Source: Magallana gigas (lineage: Eukaryota). Taken from it: a stretch of DNA of 64,000 bases. The stretch covers positions 6,386,001-6,450,000 of the forward strand of contig NC_088857.1 in NCBI RefSeq assembly GCF_963853765.1. Direction: 5' to 3'. The notes beneath the pieces were generated by a model. That model saw nothing but the letters and a program-made list of their open reading frames with translations. It did no database searches and was not told the origin of the DNA. Of this stretch, positions 1 through 25,226 are shown piece after piece. A program made the translations under genes and the position numbers. Positions within the stretch are counted from its first letter, which is position 1. The number at the start of each line of letters is the position of its first letter.

Positions 1-231
1 CATAATATGATATTGTATCATATGATACAATATTATGTGATAAAGTAAAATATTATATAACACAATATTATATTATACATATTGTATCATATGATACAAT
101 AATATATTTTACAATATCATACAATACAATTTTATGTGATGTGATAATATATCATATTTTAAACCAATATCATATTATACAATATCGTATGATACAATAT
201 TATTACTTATTAGGTTAGTTACTGACTCACT

Positions 232-268
<37 letters not shown>

Positions 269-285
269 GAGGGGAAGCCGAGCCT

Positions 286-318
<33 letters not shown>

Positions 319-1190
319 AGTGAGTCAGTAACTAACCTAATAAGTGTTTTGTTTTCTCGAGGACTTTCAAGCGACATATTTATTCACAAATAGCGATGAT
401 CTACGCAAAGCCATGTACAAGATGCCTTACATCTCGTCCAATTTAACTCATTTTTAAAAACTCTTCAAAATTTTCAATCTCACCTTTCAAATACTCTTTC
501 AAAATCTTTGCTTCACCCATGTTACTTACAATGTTTTGTTGCTATTCAATTTTAAGTGTTTTCACCCTTTCCTCTGCAGAGATTTGAGCAAATTTCGACG
601 CTGCCATTTTGTTCTGCTCCAGACAAAACAATGTGACGTCAATATTCTAAGGGCAACTACTCTAATTTTAAAGAATTTCAAAGGGCAACTACTCCAAATA
701 CTTTAAGAACTTACGGGATGCAGTTTATGTATAAAATACTATGAAATGTTGAAATGAGTAAGCGAAGCGTCGACCAATGACGGCCATATTGCCTAATATT
801 ATTTCTCACAGAACAAATATAGAGATATATGAGGCAATCACATGCTATGTTTAAACCAATGAAAATGTGACATTTCAGTCCAAGGGAAAACAATATATCA
901 TAGGATACAATATTATATTTTGCAATATCTTATAGTATCATGTGATAAAATAATCAATAAATAATTCAATAAAATATTATACAATATTGTATCATAATAT
1001 ACAATACTATACATAACGATATCATGATACAATATCATAACATAAAATATCAAACAAATTGATACAATATCATATCGTATCATATAACTTTTTATAATAT
1101 TTTATATGATATTATATTGTATCATATTAAACAATATTGTTTCATACCATACAATTCTATATCATAGGAATCATGTTGTTTCATTTATCA
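1..1190. repeat. AT-rich degenerate tandem repeat (ATATCAT/GATACAATAT units), split by the element at 205-895
   Basis: Recurrent tatcata/gatacaata units at 1-200 and 895-1190. Confidence 0.6.
205..895 (-). mobile_element. Non-autonomous palindrome-ended element, putatively Crypton-derived, in a CNDP2 intron
   Basis: Perfect 60-bp inverted arms at 205-264 and 286-345. The minus strand has a decayed ORF remnant (MAASKFAQISAEE..., AKILKEYLK..ENFEEF, LDEM*GILYM.LR) resembling the N-terminus of Crypton-type tyrosine recombinase proteins. It interrupts an ATATCAT/GATACAAT low-complexity tract. Confidence 0.5.
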
Positions 1191-1199
1191 ACAAACACA

Positions 1200-2713
1200 T
1201 CTATCTATCGAGCAGGTTTGAGTGAGGAGATTTCTTTAGCATCCTTGATAATGGAGATCAGGCTCTGCATCTGAAGCAACCTCTGCGTTTCATTTATAAT
1301 ATAGTTAAATCAACTATGCAAGCTATCATCTATAAAAATGTGATCTGTTCCAAAAAAACTAAACCTCATCCAGCATCCGAAACCTATGGCTCAGATTCAG
1401 CATTCAAGCCTGTAAGGTGCATCAGTATACATAAGACGCATCTCCATGCAAGTTTGGTGAAGTTCAGACCAGTAATAACTAAGATATCATCATCAGAGGG
1501 CACTAGCAATTAAAACCTTAACCTGCTCCAGCATCCGCAACCTTTGGCTCAGATTCAACATCCATGCCTGTCAGGTGCATCTGTATCATAAGACACACCA
1601 TCCATTCAAGTTTGGTGAAGTTAGGACCTGTAATAACTAAGATATATTTTTTAGCATCCTTGATAATGGAGATCAAGCTCTGCATCTGAAGCTTCCTCTG
1701 TGATTCATTCATATTACAGTTTAATCAACTATGCAAGTTTGAAATAGTACTGTTATCTATTAAACATGTGACCTGTTCCAAAAAACTTAACCATATCCAG
1801 CATCTGAAACCTATGGCTCAGACTCAGCATTCAAGCCTGTCAGGTGCATCAGTATCATAAGACGCATCATCCATGGAAGTCTGGTGAAGTTAGGACAAGT
1901 AATAACTAAGATATAATCATCAGTGGGCACCTGTTTCAAAAACTTTAACCAGCTCTAAAAACCTTAACCTCCTCCAGCATCCGATACCTATGGCTAAGAT
2001 TCAGCATTCAAGCCTGTCTGATGCATCAGTATCATAAGACGCACCATCCATGGAAGTCTGGTGAAGGTAGTACAAGTTGTACCTAAGATATAATCATCAG
2101 AGGGCACCTGCAACAAAAACTTTAACAAGCTCTAAAAACCTTAACCTCCTTTAGCATCTGTAGCCTATAGCTCAGATTCAGCACCCAAGCCTGTCTGGTG
2201 CATCAGTATCATAAGACACACCATCAATGCAAATTTGGTGAAGTACGAACCTGCAGTAACTTAGATATTGCTATCAAAGGGCACCTGCAACAAAAACTTT
2301 AACCTGATCCAAAAACCTTAACCTCCTCCAGCATCCGAAACCTATAGCTCAGATTCAGCACTCAAGCCTGTTTGGTGCATCAGTATCATAAGACACACCA
2401 TCCATGCAAGTTTGGTGAAGTACGGACCTGCAGTAACTTAGATATTGCTATCAAAGGGCACCTGCAACAAAAACTTTAACCTGGTCCAACAACCTTAACC
2501 TCCTCCAGCATCTGAAATTTAGGACTCAGATTCAGCATCCAAGTCTTTCAAGTCCATAAGTAGGTCCAGATGCATCATCCATGCAAGTTTGGTGAAGATA
2601 GGACAAGTAATAGCTTAGATACAGGACCTGCAACAAAAACTTTAACCAGGTCCGGACGCCGACGCCGAGGGTATAGCATAAGCTCCCCTGACTTCGTCTC
2701 GGTGAGCTAAAAA
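1200..2713 (-). mobile_element. Helentron-type non-autonomous element (HINE) with about 7 tandem copies of a ~178-bp core
   Basis: Minus-strand start TTTTTAGCTCACCGAGACGAAGTCAGGGGAGCTTA (hairpin), followed by a GGCGTC microsatellite. Tandem units contain AACCTTAACCTCCTCCAGCATCCGA at about 1960, 2135, 2315 and 2492, with more diverged copies upstream. The 3' end is not clearly resolved. Confidence 0.7.
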
Positions 2714-2837
2714 CTGTTTTGTTTCATATCACCTTCTTTTGTAGGTTTTTCATATTTTGGATTTTTATTATCCTCTGAACAAGCTATGCCAATTTAAACT
2801 CATATAAGAATTTAATGATACTTTTTCAAAATCATAC

Positions 2838-3639
2838 CTTTAAGGCAGGCTGTACGTCCATATGTCCATACACCAATAGAGTTTTCTTTTGAGGGTCATT
2901 TCCAAGGGTTCCTAAAAATATTGGGGGGAGAGGAATTACGGACCCATCAGATAAAGTCTGTGTTCCAACATCAACCAACTCTGTCTTTGCTCCAAATTTT
3001 CCAAACTCCTGAAAAAACCCATACTTGCCATGTCATAGTTATTGCTGCAGTCTTTTGGACATATGACCCAAAATGCACGGTATTCAGAGTACGTACTAGC
3101 TGGCACGACCACTGCATGCTATTGATAACCAACTGTAATTCTCTATTACAAAGTTACCAAATATTAAACAGCTGCTAAATCAAGAACTTACCACCTTAAC
3201 CCATTCCTGCATTGTAAGGATGTCTGTTCTTGATTCTGGCCATGCTGACACACTTTTGATCGCCACTGTATCTGCCAGCCTCTTTATGTATTTCTCTTGA
3301 TTCTCATCAATATGTCTGTAATGAATGGAAACTATCAAAGTTAGGTCAGCAACAAACGCGACAATTTTACTTTATAAATATTATTTTCAGGGTACTTTAA
3401 TTTTGTAAGATAATTAATATGAAACCAATACAAAGTAAAGTTTTGGAAATACATTGTATATCACTGTACATTATTATACATGCATGTAAAAAAAAAATTG
3501 CTGCAGCTCAATTAAAGCTTTTAAAAAAAATTAATAGCAACAGTAGCTTAATTGCAATATAATTATAGACTAATTTCAACTGTAAGCGTGTCTGTAGCAT
3601 AACTTCAAAAACTTACTTGAAAAGTTTGACTGTAGACAT
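2838..3639 (-). CDS. CNDP2: Cytosolic non-specific dipeptidase (M20 family), 5' coding exons; gene continues off the left edge of the window
   Basis: Exons 3639-3617, 3315-3192 and 3008-2838 have GT-AG junctions in frame. They translate to [106 protein letters not shown]. This matches the CNDP2 N-terminus (IDENQ..Y...LA..VAI.SVSAWP; LPP...G.LG.DP.KKT...YGHxDVQPA metal-binding motif). Confidence 0.93.
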
Positions 3640-4469
3640 TGTACAGCTTTGTACAAAGACCCGTGTCTTTGTCGCCAGGTTTTGACCTCTTCCACTACCT
3701 GAGAAAAGCAGACCGGTGTGACGCAGAGATACACTACACAGACGCTGCAGTCCAATCATTGTTAAAAGTAACAATCAGATGATAATTATATTTTGGACAT
3801 GCACTCTGTCGCACATTACTGCCAGTTTTTTCCGGATCATATATGTATAACGTTACCAGCTGGTTACAATGGAATTGAATGTCATTTTAAAAATATAGTT
3901 AAACATTAAATAATACAACATTTCGACATATGACCTGATCAATCTACACAATCTAAATGTTCATCAGGGACGTATAATCGTCCCTGGTATGTAGTTTATG
4001 TATTGGGAAAAAACCTGGGACGGAAAAACAAACCAACCTAAAGAAAACCTCACCAAACTTTACGACTAGTTTCAAGTACAAACTAATAAATAAATCCCAG
4101 ACGGTGACAGGTCAAATTGTATACCAGACCATTTCACCCTCAGCTTGTTTCAGTTCATTTAATGTTCCTTGCTTATTTTAATATAATTTTATGAGTGTAT
4201 GATTTTGAAAAATAAATGATTTAAAAATGTTTTCTGCATAGTAATAATAAATCAATCGTTTTATAGTTAATCATTATTACGTGCTGTTTAAATATTTCTT
4301 TAACAAACATTTTTAGTTTAAGCACTTATATAGATGCTTTGTTCAGCACGTTAACTTTTTAGGGTCGTCAATAATGATATTTGATAAAGAAACACTTTAT
4401 TGCGCCTCTTCAAATATGCTAAATTGTTTTCAGGATAGAAAAATCCTAAAAGGGCAGGGTGATCGTGAA

Positions 4470-4564
4470 TCGTTTAGCATTTTACGTCACTTCCGCTTTC
4501 ACATCCGGGCATCCTCGGCAATATGGTCGCCGACAAGATATTTTTTTACAATCGGTGAATTCGG
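4470..4564 (+). promoter_or_regulatory. Putative shared CNDP2/PHRF1 promoter and PHRF1 non-coding first exon
   Basis: Locally CpG-richer patch with CRE-like TTACGTCA (4482-4489) and ETS-type CACTTCCG (4488-4495). A splice donor G|GTGAGC lies at 4564/4565, upstream of the acceptor at 4993. The patch sits between two divergent ATGs (3639 and 5000). Confidence 0.55.
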
Positions 4565-4999
4565 GTGAGCAGTTAATGTTATGCTTACGACTAGAACCCA
4601 TATGCAATGACCACTATATCTTCAAAAACTTTATAAATCGTCATAAATTACACGTAATTTTGTCTGATGTTTCTGTGTTTCTGTATGTCATGGATCATAT
4701 TTTGTTGTCGGTGAAAGATTCATCAGTCTCTGGCAAGCAATGCAACAATGTATTGAGCTGAGCATTTACCATCGGGCGAAGAAAAACATGATCTTTATAA
4801 TTAATGTATCTTTTTAAGGATACAATAGTTGAATGTGTATGTTACTGAAACACACAATATACCTGTACAATCCAGTTTTTATTTGCTATAAACCACTACC
4901 TTGATGTCATATGATCAGTTTACCAATAAGCCATTAAATTTTTACCGCTATGGTTTTAATGTTATGTCATTATTATTGTCTTATATAATCCAGGCTGTG

Positions 5000-17056
<12,057 letters not shown>

Positions 17057-17878
17057 TACTGTTGTGATGACCCGAGGCCCAAAGGGCCATGATCCAGACT
17101 TAAAGTACACTGTGTTGATCAGTGCCAGTGCAAAAGAGACTGACAATAATCCTCATGACAGACTGGGTGTGTATGCAGTTCTAAAGATCTCAACTAAACT
17201 CTAATGAGTGCTCTGTAACTTGTCTAATGTGTAAAGCTGACACAGAGAGTGAGAAAACACTGGTAACTTAGTTATCTAGCTCACAGTAAGGAGAGGACTG
17301 ACCATTGAGTGGGAAAGACTTAAGAATGTGACTTTATCTAAACTCAATGAAATGACATTACAGGACAATTGGGAGAGAGGCTTTTGTTTGTACATTGACC
17401 TTAAAGGCAAGCTTTTTTGTTGTAGAATGAATGATTAATAAGCATTTATCTGTACATTGTTAAAATCCATGAAGACAGCCAGATTCTAGTATTTATTACA
17501 ATGTGGGCAGCAAACCCAACTGTTTCTACTGTTCCCCATTTGTTTATATTTTGTTGACCTGTACCTTTTGAAGAATTTATCTCTTGATTTTAATGCGAAA
17601 AAAAAACAACAAATCTTTATTTGTAGTATGATGTGGTCTATTTATGAATCATGGATAAATTGATCTTTTGTACTTTTGTGATAAAAATGAGAAAATGTCA
17701 TTGTGTACAATATTTTGACACATCATGTCTGTAATTTTCTGCTGACGGTGGACAGTGACTCGCCATTACTGGCCTCTGTAGACCACCGCTCTCTTTTTTA
17801 CTGAGATATGGAATGTGTGAATGTTTATCTACCCTGTTCCTACGGAGTGATGGCCCCTGTTATGAAACAGGAGTAGAA

Positions 17879-17884
17879 AATAAA
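17879..17884 (+). terminator. Candidate polyadenylation signal of PHRF1
   Basis: AATAAA about 820 bp after the stop codon. Position only; not validated. Confidence 0.4.
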
Positions 17885-18206
17885 TAATCAATTACAACCG
17901 GGCCTTGTCCTCTGTTTATATCATGGAGAGTTGGAGGTTGGGGGCTATTTGAATTCCCAAGCTTGTCCAACAGATGATTGTGACATGGATTACGTGCCCT
18001 TACATGCTCAAAATGATGTATTATACTCATCATGCTTTATCATGTTTGGAATGTTTTAAACAGCACAGAATATTATTCATTCCGAAGTATTTTATCAAAA
18101 GATATGCATTACAGTTCATCATAAATTTATTGAATTGCTATACTGTATTGCAGCAATATTTATCTTTTTTCTAGTCTACCAAGAATTTGTATTATGTTTT
18201 TGATAA

Positions 18207-18523
18207 ATTGCAACTTCTCAGGCCTTTCTGACAAGCTCGAAAAAACACCTCGAATGTATTACATAGGCATCCTAGACAACCTCCCTTTTGATAAAACTTT
18301 ACATCAATACAATGCATTTTACGATCTGGTGAGATGTGAGCTAAATTTCATTAAAGTCAATGGCATTCCCTAAAACTTAACACAGAAGCGACATAAAAGT
18401 CTGCCTAGCTGATACTTATTTTTAGCGACTTCATTTTGTATAAAGTTCTGATTAACATCCGGTAATGTTAATTCAGTCGAGGTGCTTTTCCGAGCTTGCT
18501 CGAAAGGCCCATGAAGTTGCGAT
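18207..18523. mobile_element. MITE-like element with ~47-bp imperfect terminal inverted repeats
   Basis: ATTGCAACTTCTCAGGCCTTTCTGACAAGCTCGAAAAAACACCTCGA (18207-18253) is inverted at 18477-18523. Confidence 0.6.
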
Positions 18524-19082
18524 TGGTTTTTGATCATTCTTAAAATTCTAAGTTATCTTGGTACCTGGCTGACGTATAGTGCGAGGGTCTCTATGTTTTA
18601 TTCAAGAACCTCATCTTTGCACCGCTCTATCGCAGTAGGCGATTTGACATAAAAGAAGCTGAATAATGTCATTTTGTAAAAGTCATGATAAAATTAATTC
18701 AGACGTTGTTTGTGCAGACCTTGAGAATCTTTGTTAACGAAAACAAATTGTGGTTTACTTTGTCACGCGCCCCGCCGCTAATGTTGCTAAACTGTTTGGT
18801 ATGCTGTTATGCTGGATCATTTTTTCATGGATCTTGTCCAAGAATTAGCATAGTCTAATGATCCCAATCAATTTGACAACGTTACAACGGGACTGTGTTA
18901 GCCCCTCTCATATAAAGAAATGGTTGACGGTTTTATGCATATCATGATCAAAAGATGATCAAACAAATTGATACACGTATTTTCTGACCGTAGCTTCTTC
19001 TGAAATACCTTTCTTTGATATAATAATCATTTAATGTGCACGTTTGTATTAAACGGGAAAAGAAATAGCTCATTAGTGATGA

Positions 19083-19136
<54 letters not shown>
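19083..19136. repeat. (CT)n microsatellite
   Basis: Pure CT run. Confidence 0.95.
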
Positions 19137-19139
<3 letters not shown>

Positions 19140-21859
19140 ACAACCTGTCAGTATTCCAGGTGTACAGGGTTCCACCTGGACTATTTAAGTCGATCTATAT
19201 AACTGGACAGATACTTTGTAACCCAGCACTGAAGTCTTAATGGACAATTTGTCATCAAAGTCTCTGCCTACTTTTGTCTGACACTCATCCTGCCACGGTC
19301 GTGCACCCAGAGAGAGCCGAGGTGAGATTTAAATATATAATGACCCAAGCAGTCGACTAGGTGTCCCCCCATCTACATTTATTACATGACAGCTAGATTC
19401 TTTTTCCAAGTTAATGTACACTATTTTTGGTCAAAATTCAAGTCCGTTAGAATTCCACTTAAAATATTCTCTGCCTATTACGATATCTGTTGCACCAGAG
19501 TGTAAATGATGCGCAGTTTCGAAAATAAAATGAATAAAAGCAATGATACTTTGTTACGCATGATGCATGCCGTAACAAAAGTAAATTTTCTGTAAAAGCC
19601 TCACCAAAAGTTTATTTCTATTGAATTTCTGTATGGTTCATCTTGTACACCTGTTGGAAAATGATCTATTTGACATGTTAAACGAAGTCGCGAGTGTAGT
19701 AATCCAGGCCAGTAAATATGTAATCATTTTTTAAATATTAAAATCGATAATATTTACGATGTACTTTAGATTGCAATCAAATAACCGGATAAGGTTAAGG
19801 AAAATCATTAGAGGGTTTTGGTCAATGCCATTAGACATTGCTTTCCTATATTTTGAAATGCTGCAGAGTTGTGGTTGAATTGACAGCTTCGGGCAATTTA
19901 AATTCAAATTTGAATATTAACGATCTGATCTGCGTGTTATTTATAATTGTCAGGTCCAATCACTTTTGATATAATTTTTGTTAGAGCAATAAATTATCGC
20001 CGGTGTCTAATACATCAGCAAACCTCAGCGGTGTGTTCTTGCCAATGCTGCTCTAATTACATGTACTAGTAATTAGACCCAAACCAAGGCGTAAGGAAGA
20101 AATTTAAACGAAATTCAGCAAATTACAGGAGTTAAAAACCAATTCTTCTTATGTGTAATATAATGTAAGTAATTGAAGAAAAGTAATAAGCAGAAATGGC
20201 GAAATGTTCATTTGTTTCGAGTGACATGTTTGGAAGGGGTTGTTTGTACGGCGATATAACTTAATTGTCGTTAATGCTGGTGCGGTTTCTTAATGAGGAT
20301 TCTCTCGTTTTTTTTTCTTATCTTTCATTAAAGGTTGCACGTGTTAGAATTACTAATTTATTCTAATGGCATTACCGACTGTCCTTTCACGTACGATAAA
20401 AAGAATATAATGGTGCAACAGCAATTGAACTCATGATGAATTCACAAAACGGCTGTAAATTTGTTTTTAAAAAATCTGTACAGAGGTAAATGTGTGGCTT
20501 TTCAAGTTGTTCAATGTCAGCTTGTCAAGAGTATTTCGTTCTGTTCTTTTTAGATTCGTGATAACAAGACTGGACTTTGTTTGACATAGCTACAAAGTGG
20601 AAGATCTTGTTATGATGTCTCGAATACACACGGCATTCCTTTAAAATTGTCATAATCCCTGCAGAGGGATTTTATCGAATAAATAGGTGGGGATATTTTA
20701 AGAAACTCCTCCAAAAGAATCTGTTTAATATGATATGATTTTTTTTTTTGTGTCTTAAAACTTTACATCAGCAACATTTATTTTTACCCTTTATTGAAAA
20801 TGATCCACAAGGGTAAGGAAACAAAATCACTCAACAATAAGACACATATTTTTTTTCTCTTATAAGTATGGAATCCGGATAAGGGACATGTAACTCACAA
20901 ATACATCCTCATATTATCGAGGTTTGCGTTGATAATCCGATGACGATGGTGCGATGACGATGGAGCGAAAATGCGATGACTATGACACGACGATATAGCG
21001 GGATGAAGCGATGGTACGATAGTATAACGCGTTGATACGATATCGATAACGCGATGTTGCGATAACGAAGACGGGATGCTTTCTGACAATAATTTTACTA
21101 GATCAATTAACGCATTTGCCCGTACAAAACATCGTCCAAACAAATAGCTAATTCATCCGAACAAATAACTTATTCACCCAAACAAATAAATTATACATCG
21201 GAACAAATAAATTATTCACCCAAACAAATAGCTAATTCATCAGAACAAATAACTTATTCACCCAAACAAGTAACTTATTCACCCGAACAAATAACTTATT
21301 CACCCAAACAGATAACTTATTCACCCGAACAAATAAATTATTCACCCGAACAAATAGCTAATTCGTCTGAACAAATTCAAATTCGTCCGAACAAATCCAA
21401 CTTTCTGAACAAATTCCTATAGTTCAGATGAACACACTGAAAATGAATAATTTAAATAAATCTATATTTTGCATTATTTGACAGTACATATTAAATATGA
21501 ACGTTCAATCATTTTATTTACAAAACAATATATCCCACAGAGTAAAATAAAAACACTAAGGATCAATTTGAATGCCATTAAGAAAGACTGTTCATAGAAA
21601 AATGTATTTCTGAGAAATTTCCATTAATATCCATATGATTGTTCATGGAAAGCTCTATTCTAATGTGTGGGACATTTATCACTATCTCCTGTCTCTCCAT
21701 GATGTTCCTTCCTGCCTATTCCTGCCGTTTAATTAATTCCCCTCCGTCATTAAAGCACTTTTACGTATACTATCATTTTTTAATATATAAAACTACAACA
21801 TATTTCGAAGGAGTAATATGCACATTATATCTCAACACCAAATGTTTTAAAATCAACAA

Positions 21860-21863
<4 letters not shown>

Positions 21864-21923
<60 letters not shown>
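21864..21923. repeat. (TA)n microsatellite
   Basis: Pure TA run; source of the spurious YIYIYI ORF. Confidence 0.95.
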
Positions 21924-21931
<8 letters not shown>

Positions 21932-22300
21932 TGTAATTAAATACTCATGTGTAATCTTTATTCAGATATATCAAAGTTCAATAAAATAAATATCTTAAAA
22001 TCTATTCATTTTTTTTTTCATAAAAATGATACAAAATATAGGTCAAGTTTTTAACGAATACATAAAAATATGTACAGGGGGTTTTCAATCAACTTTTTTT
22101 CTTTTTCACTATATAAAATGAATTTCTTAAGCTAACTGGCTTTAAAAATTGTTCATTTTTTTTACCAGGTTGTTAAAACATTGACAATGTTAGTAAGTAC
22201 GTATATGCCCTCACTACCGTCCCCTTTTTATTACACAAAAAATTCACACACTGTATTACATTCACTTTGTAACAGATGAATTAGAATACTAACATATTTT

Positions 22301-22302
<2 letters not shown>

Positions 22303-22374
<72 letters not shown>

Positions 22375-22384
22375 CCCCCCCCCA
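22303..22384. repeat. (CT)n microsatellite followed by poly-C
   Basis: Direct observation. Confidence 0.95.
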
Positions 22385-22884
22385 ACCGGTCAGTATAATC
22401 TAGCTCACCATTATACGGGAATAAGCTCTTAGTTACTTTGCTCAAATATTTAAAGAATTGAATTATCGCCCTCCTCGTTTAATAACCTTGCCTTGATCAT
22501 GCAATTTTCTTTTCTTGTTTTGTTATCTGAATATATTAAACTATTATTTAGCTCTTTTAGATATTAATATGTCTGGCAAGAAGGGTGTGATTATTATGAT
22601 AGAGCATCGCGTCTTTGTTATCGCACCATCGTGTCATCACTATTGCACCATCGCGTCATCACTATCGCACCATCGCGTCATCACTATCGCACCATCGCGT
22701 TATCGCTATCGTACCATTGCGCTATCGAATTGGCGTGCCATCGCACCATCGTCATCGCATTGTCGCATCATCGACATTACTTGTGCTATTACAACATCGC
22801 TTCATCTTCATGCAGCATCGCTTCATCGTTATTGCATTATTTTATCATCGTACTATGGACGCAAACCTCGATGTAGCTGCAAGG

Positions 22885-23174
22885 CTGTAGCTCCCGGTCT
22901 GAAAAAAAAAATCGGATGGACGACCTGGGAGCTACAGTGCCACCCAGTGAAAATAATGTATATTTAATACGCACAAAAACGTGCTCTAGTTTTGGAGAAT
23001 GCTTCTCTACATGAAGAATGTAATAGTACTGATTGTTTTAACAGAATTTGCGTATAAATAAGGTTAATCAGTCCAAAACTTAGGCAAGTTTTGTGCGTAA
23101 TAAAAAAAATTTAAATGGGTGGCATTGAAGCTCTCAGGTCATCCATCTGAATTTTTTCAGACCAGGAGCTACAG
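22885..23174. mobile_element. ~290-bp MITE with ~60-bp TIRs
   Basis: CTGTAGCTCCCGGTCTGAAAAAAAAAATCGGATGGACGACCTGGGAGCTACAGTGCCACCCA is inverted at about 23116-23174. Confidence 0.7.
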
Positions 23175-23175
23175 A

Positions 23176-23462
23176 CCTTTTCACTAAAAGGCGTAAGATA
23201 CGACGAAACTTAAGTTAGGCCTTAGGGCGTACGCCAAAATTTAGTCCGGCGTAAACTGCGTTTCACTAAGAGGCGTACGCCTGGCCGTAAACACTAGTAC
23301 CGGACTAAGTTAAGGCCAGACTTACGTCCTTGACAACGAGCTTATGCACATGATCAGACAGATGATAAACAGAAGAGAGGAAGATAGATAGATAAACATA
23401 TAGATATATAGATAGATATATATTCTTAAGATAGATAAAAAGATACAAACTTGTCAATTGTG

Positions 23463-23533
<71 letters not shown>

Positions 23534-25226
23534 CTAAAGTATTCAGGCATAGTAATCCTGTAAAGTAACAAAATCACACAGCAAAACTTGCTAAAATGTT
23601 TTATTTGAAAGATATATTTGATGAGGCATATAGGATATGTTCATTCAGAATCATTAACTCAACAGAACTATTGTGTTATCGATATCTACGGTGATTTAAC
23701 CATGCTTCGAACACCCTTGAAATTTCTCTTTTGATCATGCGTCAATTATTGCCCGAGTATAAATATTTTTTTATTAAATTTCCTGGTTTCCTCTTGCTAT
23801 ATCATTGAAAGAAAATCAGTGAATTAGTTTAAAAATAGAAAATATAGCGAATTAATGTAATAATGAGCTGTTTAACCATGGATTGGACAATATTAAGCAA
23901 GCATCGAAAAATTATACAACTGATACTTAAAATAACGAAATTTGAATATTTCATGCAAAGAAAAAAAAATAAAAAACAAAACAATAAAAAAAAAGAAAAA
24001 AAAAAGGAAGAGGCTCGGATAAATATATTTATTACTTATTAAGATTTGTGTCAAGGTGAAATGTGGAGCAAAAATGACTTCGGAAATAATTGATGAATTC
24101 CAAGTCTTCTTCTTTTTTTTTTTTTACACAATTTGTTTCCGAAGTTATTTTTTTTTTTCGAATTATTTAAGTGAAAGGGTACATACAAACTAAAAGTGCA
24201 TGCACGTTTATTTGTAAATGTTTCACCAAAGTTATTAGATCCAAGGTACAGATGTATGTGTCAGACCTATGATGGACTCAACATAAACTACCCAAGTACA
24301 CTTACATGTGTATTTAGTATATTGAACGAGGCTTCATATAAGGAATAAGGAATCATTCTTTGAGTATTATGAGGAGATAATTTTGGCCGGGGAGGGATCA
24401 AATCCAATAAAGCCCGAATAAACATAGGTGGAGCTTCCATCATATCTTGGAATTAACATTTTAACAATACTGAAAATACTTTTATTATTAACCTTAGTTT
24501 AAGTACCTAAGCTTACACCTTTTACTCACATAAAAAAGAAATAAAAAAAGAGGAAAATATAAAAGTCAATAATTCGCTTAGTGAGTTTTAAATTTCAAAA
24601 TATCCCGCTCACACATATTTTGCGTGGAGGTAATGTGCGGGGGGGGGGGGGGGGATGAAATGCTTGCAATGCTAGACATTTCTTATAGAAATATACCTTT
24701 GTACTACATGTGCATCCTGTATGTATATTTTCTGCATTATTCATTGCCCAATTTACTAAAAAAAAATATGATACGTAAATCAAATTATTGAATAAAAATA
24801 ATCAAATGAAAACTAAATATCGATTTTCTAATTATGTCATTTAACATGTAAACGGCAAGTGCAAATATAAAGAATGTGCATAACACATGCTAAGAAAGTT
24901 TTTATTCGAGAATTGGTACCACCTATCAAAACTCTCTATTTTGTTAATTTCATATGAAATTAATTAAATTTACATGACAAATTGTACAATTTAACATTAC
25001 GGTCAGCACCGATATTCTCAGCAACAGAATTAGCAGTCAATTCCCGTTTACGCCTTAAGTTACGACTACCCTTGGCTAGGCGTAGATTTTTGTCTTAACT
25101 TAAGACGGACGCAAAGTTACGCCTTTAAGTGAAACGGACCTTAGTCCAAATATTTGACTTACGTCCGGACTTACGACAGGCGTAATGTTACGCCAGGCGT
25201 ACGCCTTTTAGTGAAACGGGCCCCAG
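23176..25226. mobile_element. TIR element (possibly PIF/Harbinger-like) with CGTA-rich subterminal arms
   Basis: TTCACTAAAAGGCGTA at the left end vs TACGCCTTTTAGTGAAACGGGCCCC at the right end. Both arms are rich in TTACGCC/GGCGTAA motifs. Contains a (GA)n tract at 23467-23529. Confidence 0.55.

Larger units (their letters stand above)
20916..22872. mobile_element. ~2-kb element with inverted minisatellite arms and an internal 21-bp tandem array
   Basis: ATCGAGGTTTGCGT at 20916 is inverted at 22859-22872. CGATGACGATGGTG-type repeats (20940-21070) are mirrored by CATCGCACCATCG repeats (22600-22850). TTATTCACCCGAACAAATAAC tandem repeats lie at 21130-21410. Confidence 0.55.

Noticed and set aside
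2921-3178. 85-aa plus-strand ORF
   Set aside because: It is antisense to the real CNDP2 exon.
21639-23577. ORFs rich in YI, SL, ER or HHRVITIAPS (also 18948, 33434, 51861-52458, 57192-57402)
   Set aside because: They are translations of micro- and minisatellites.
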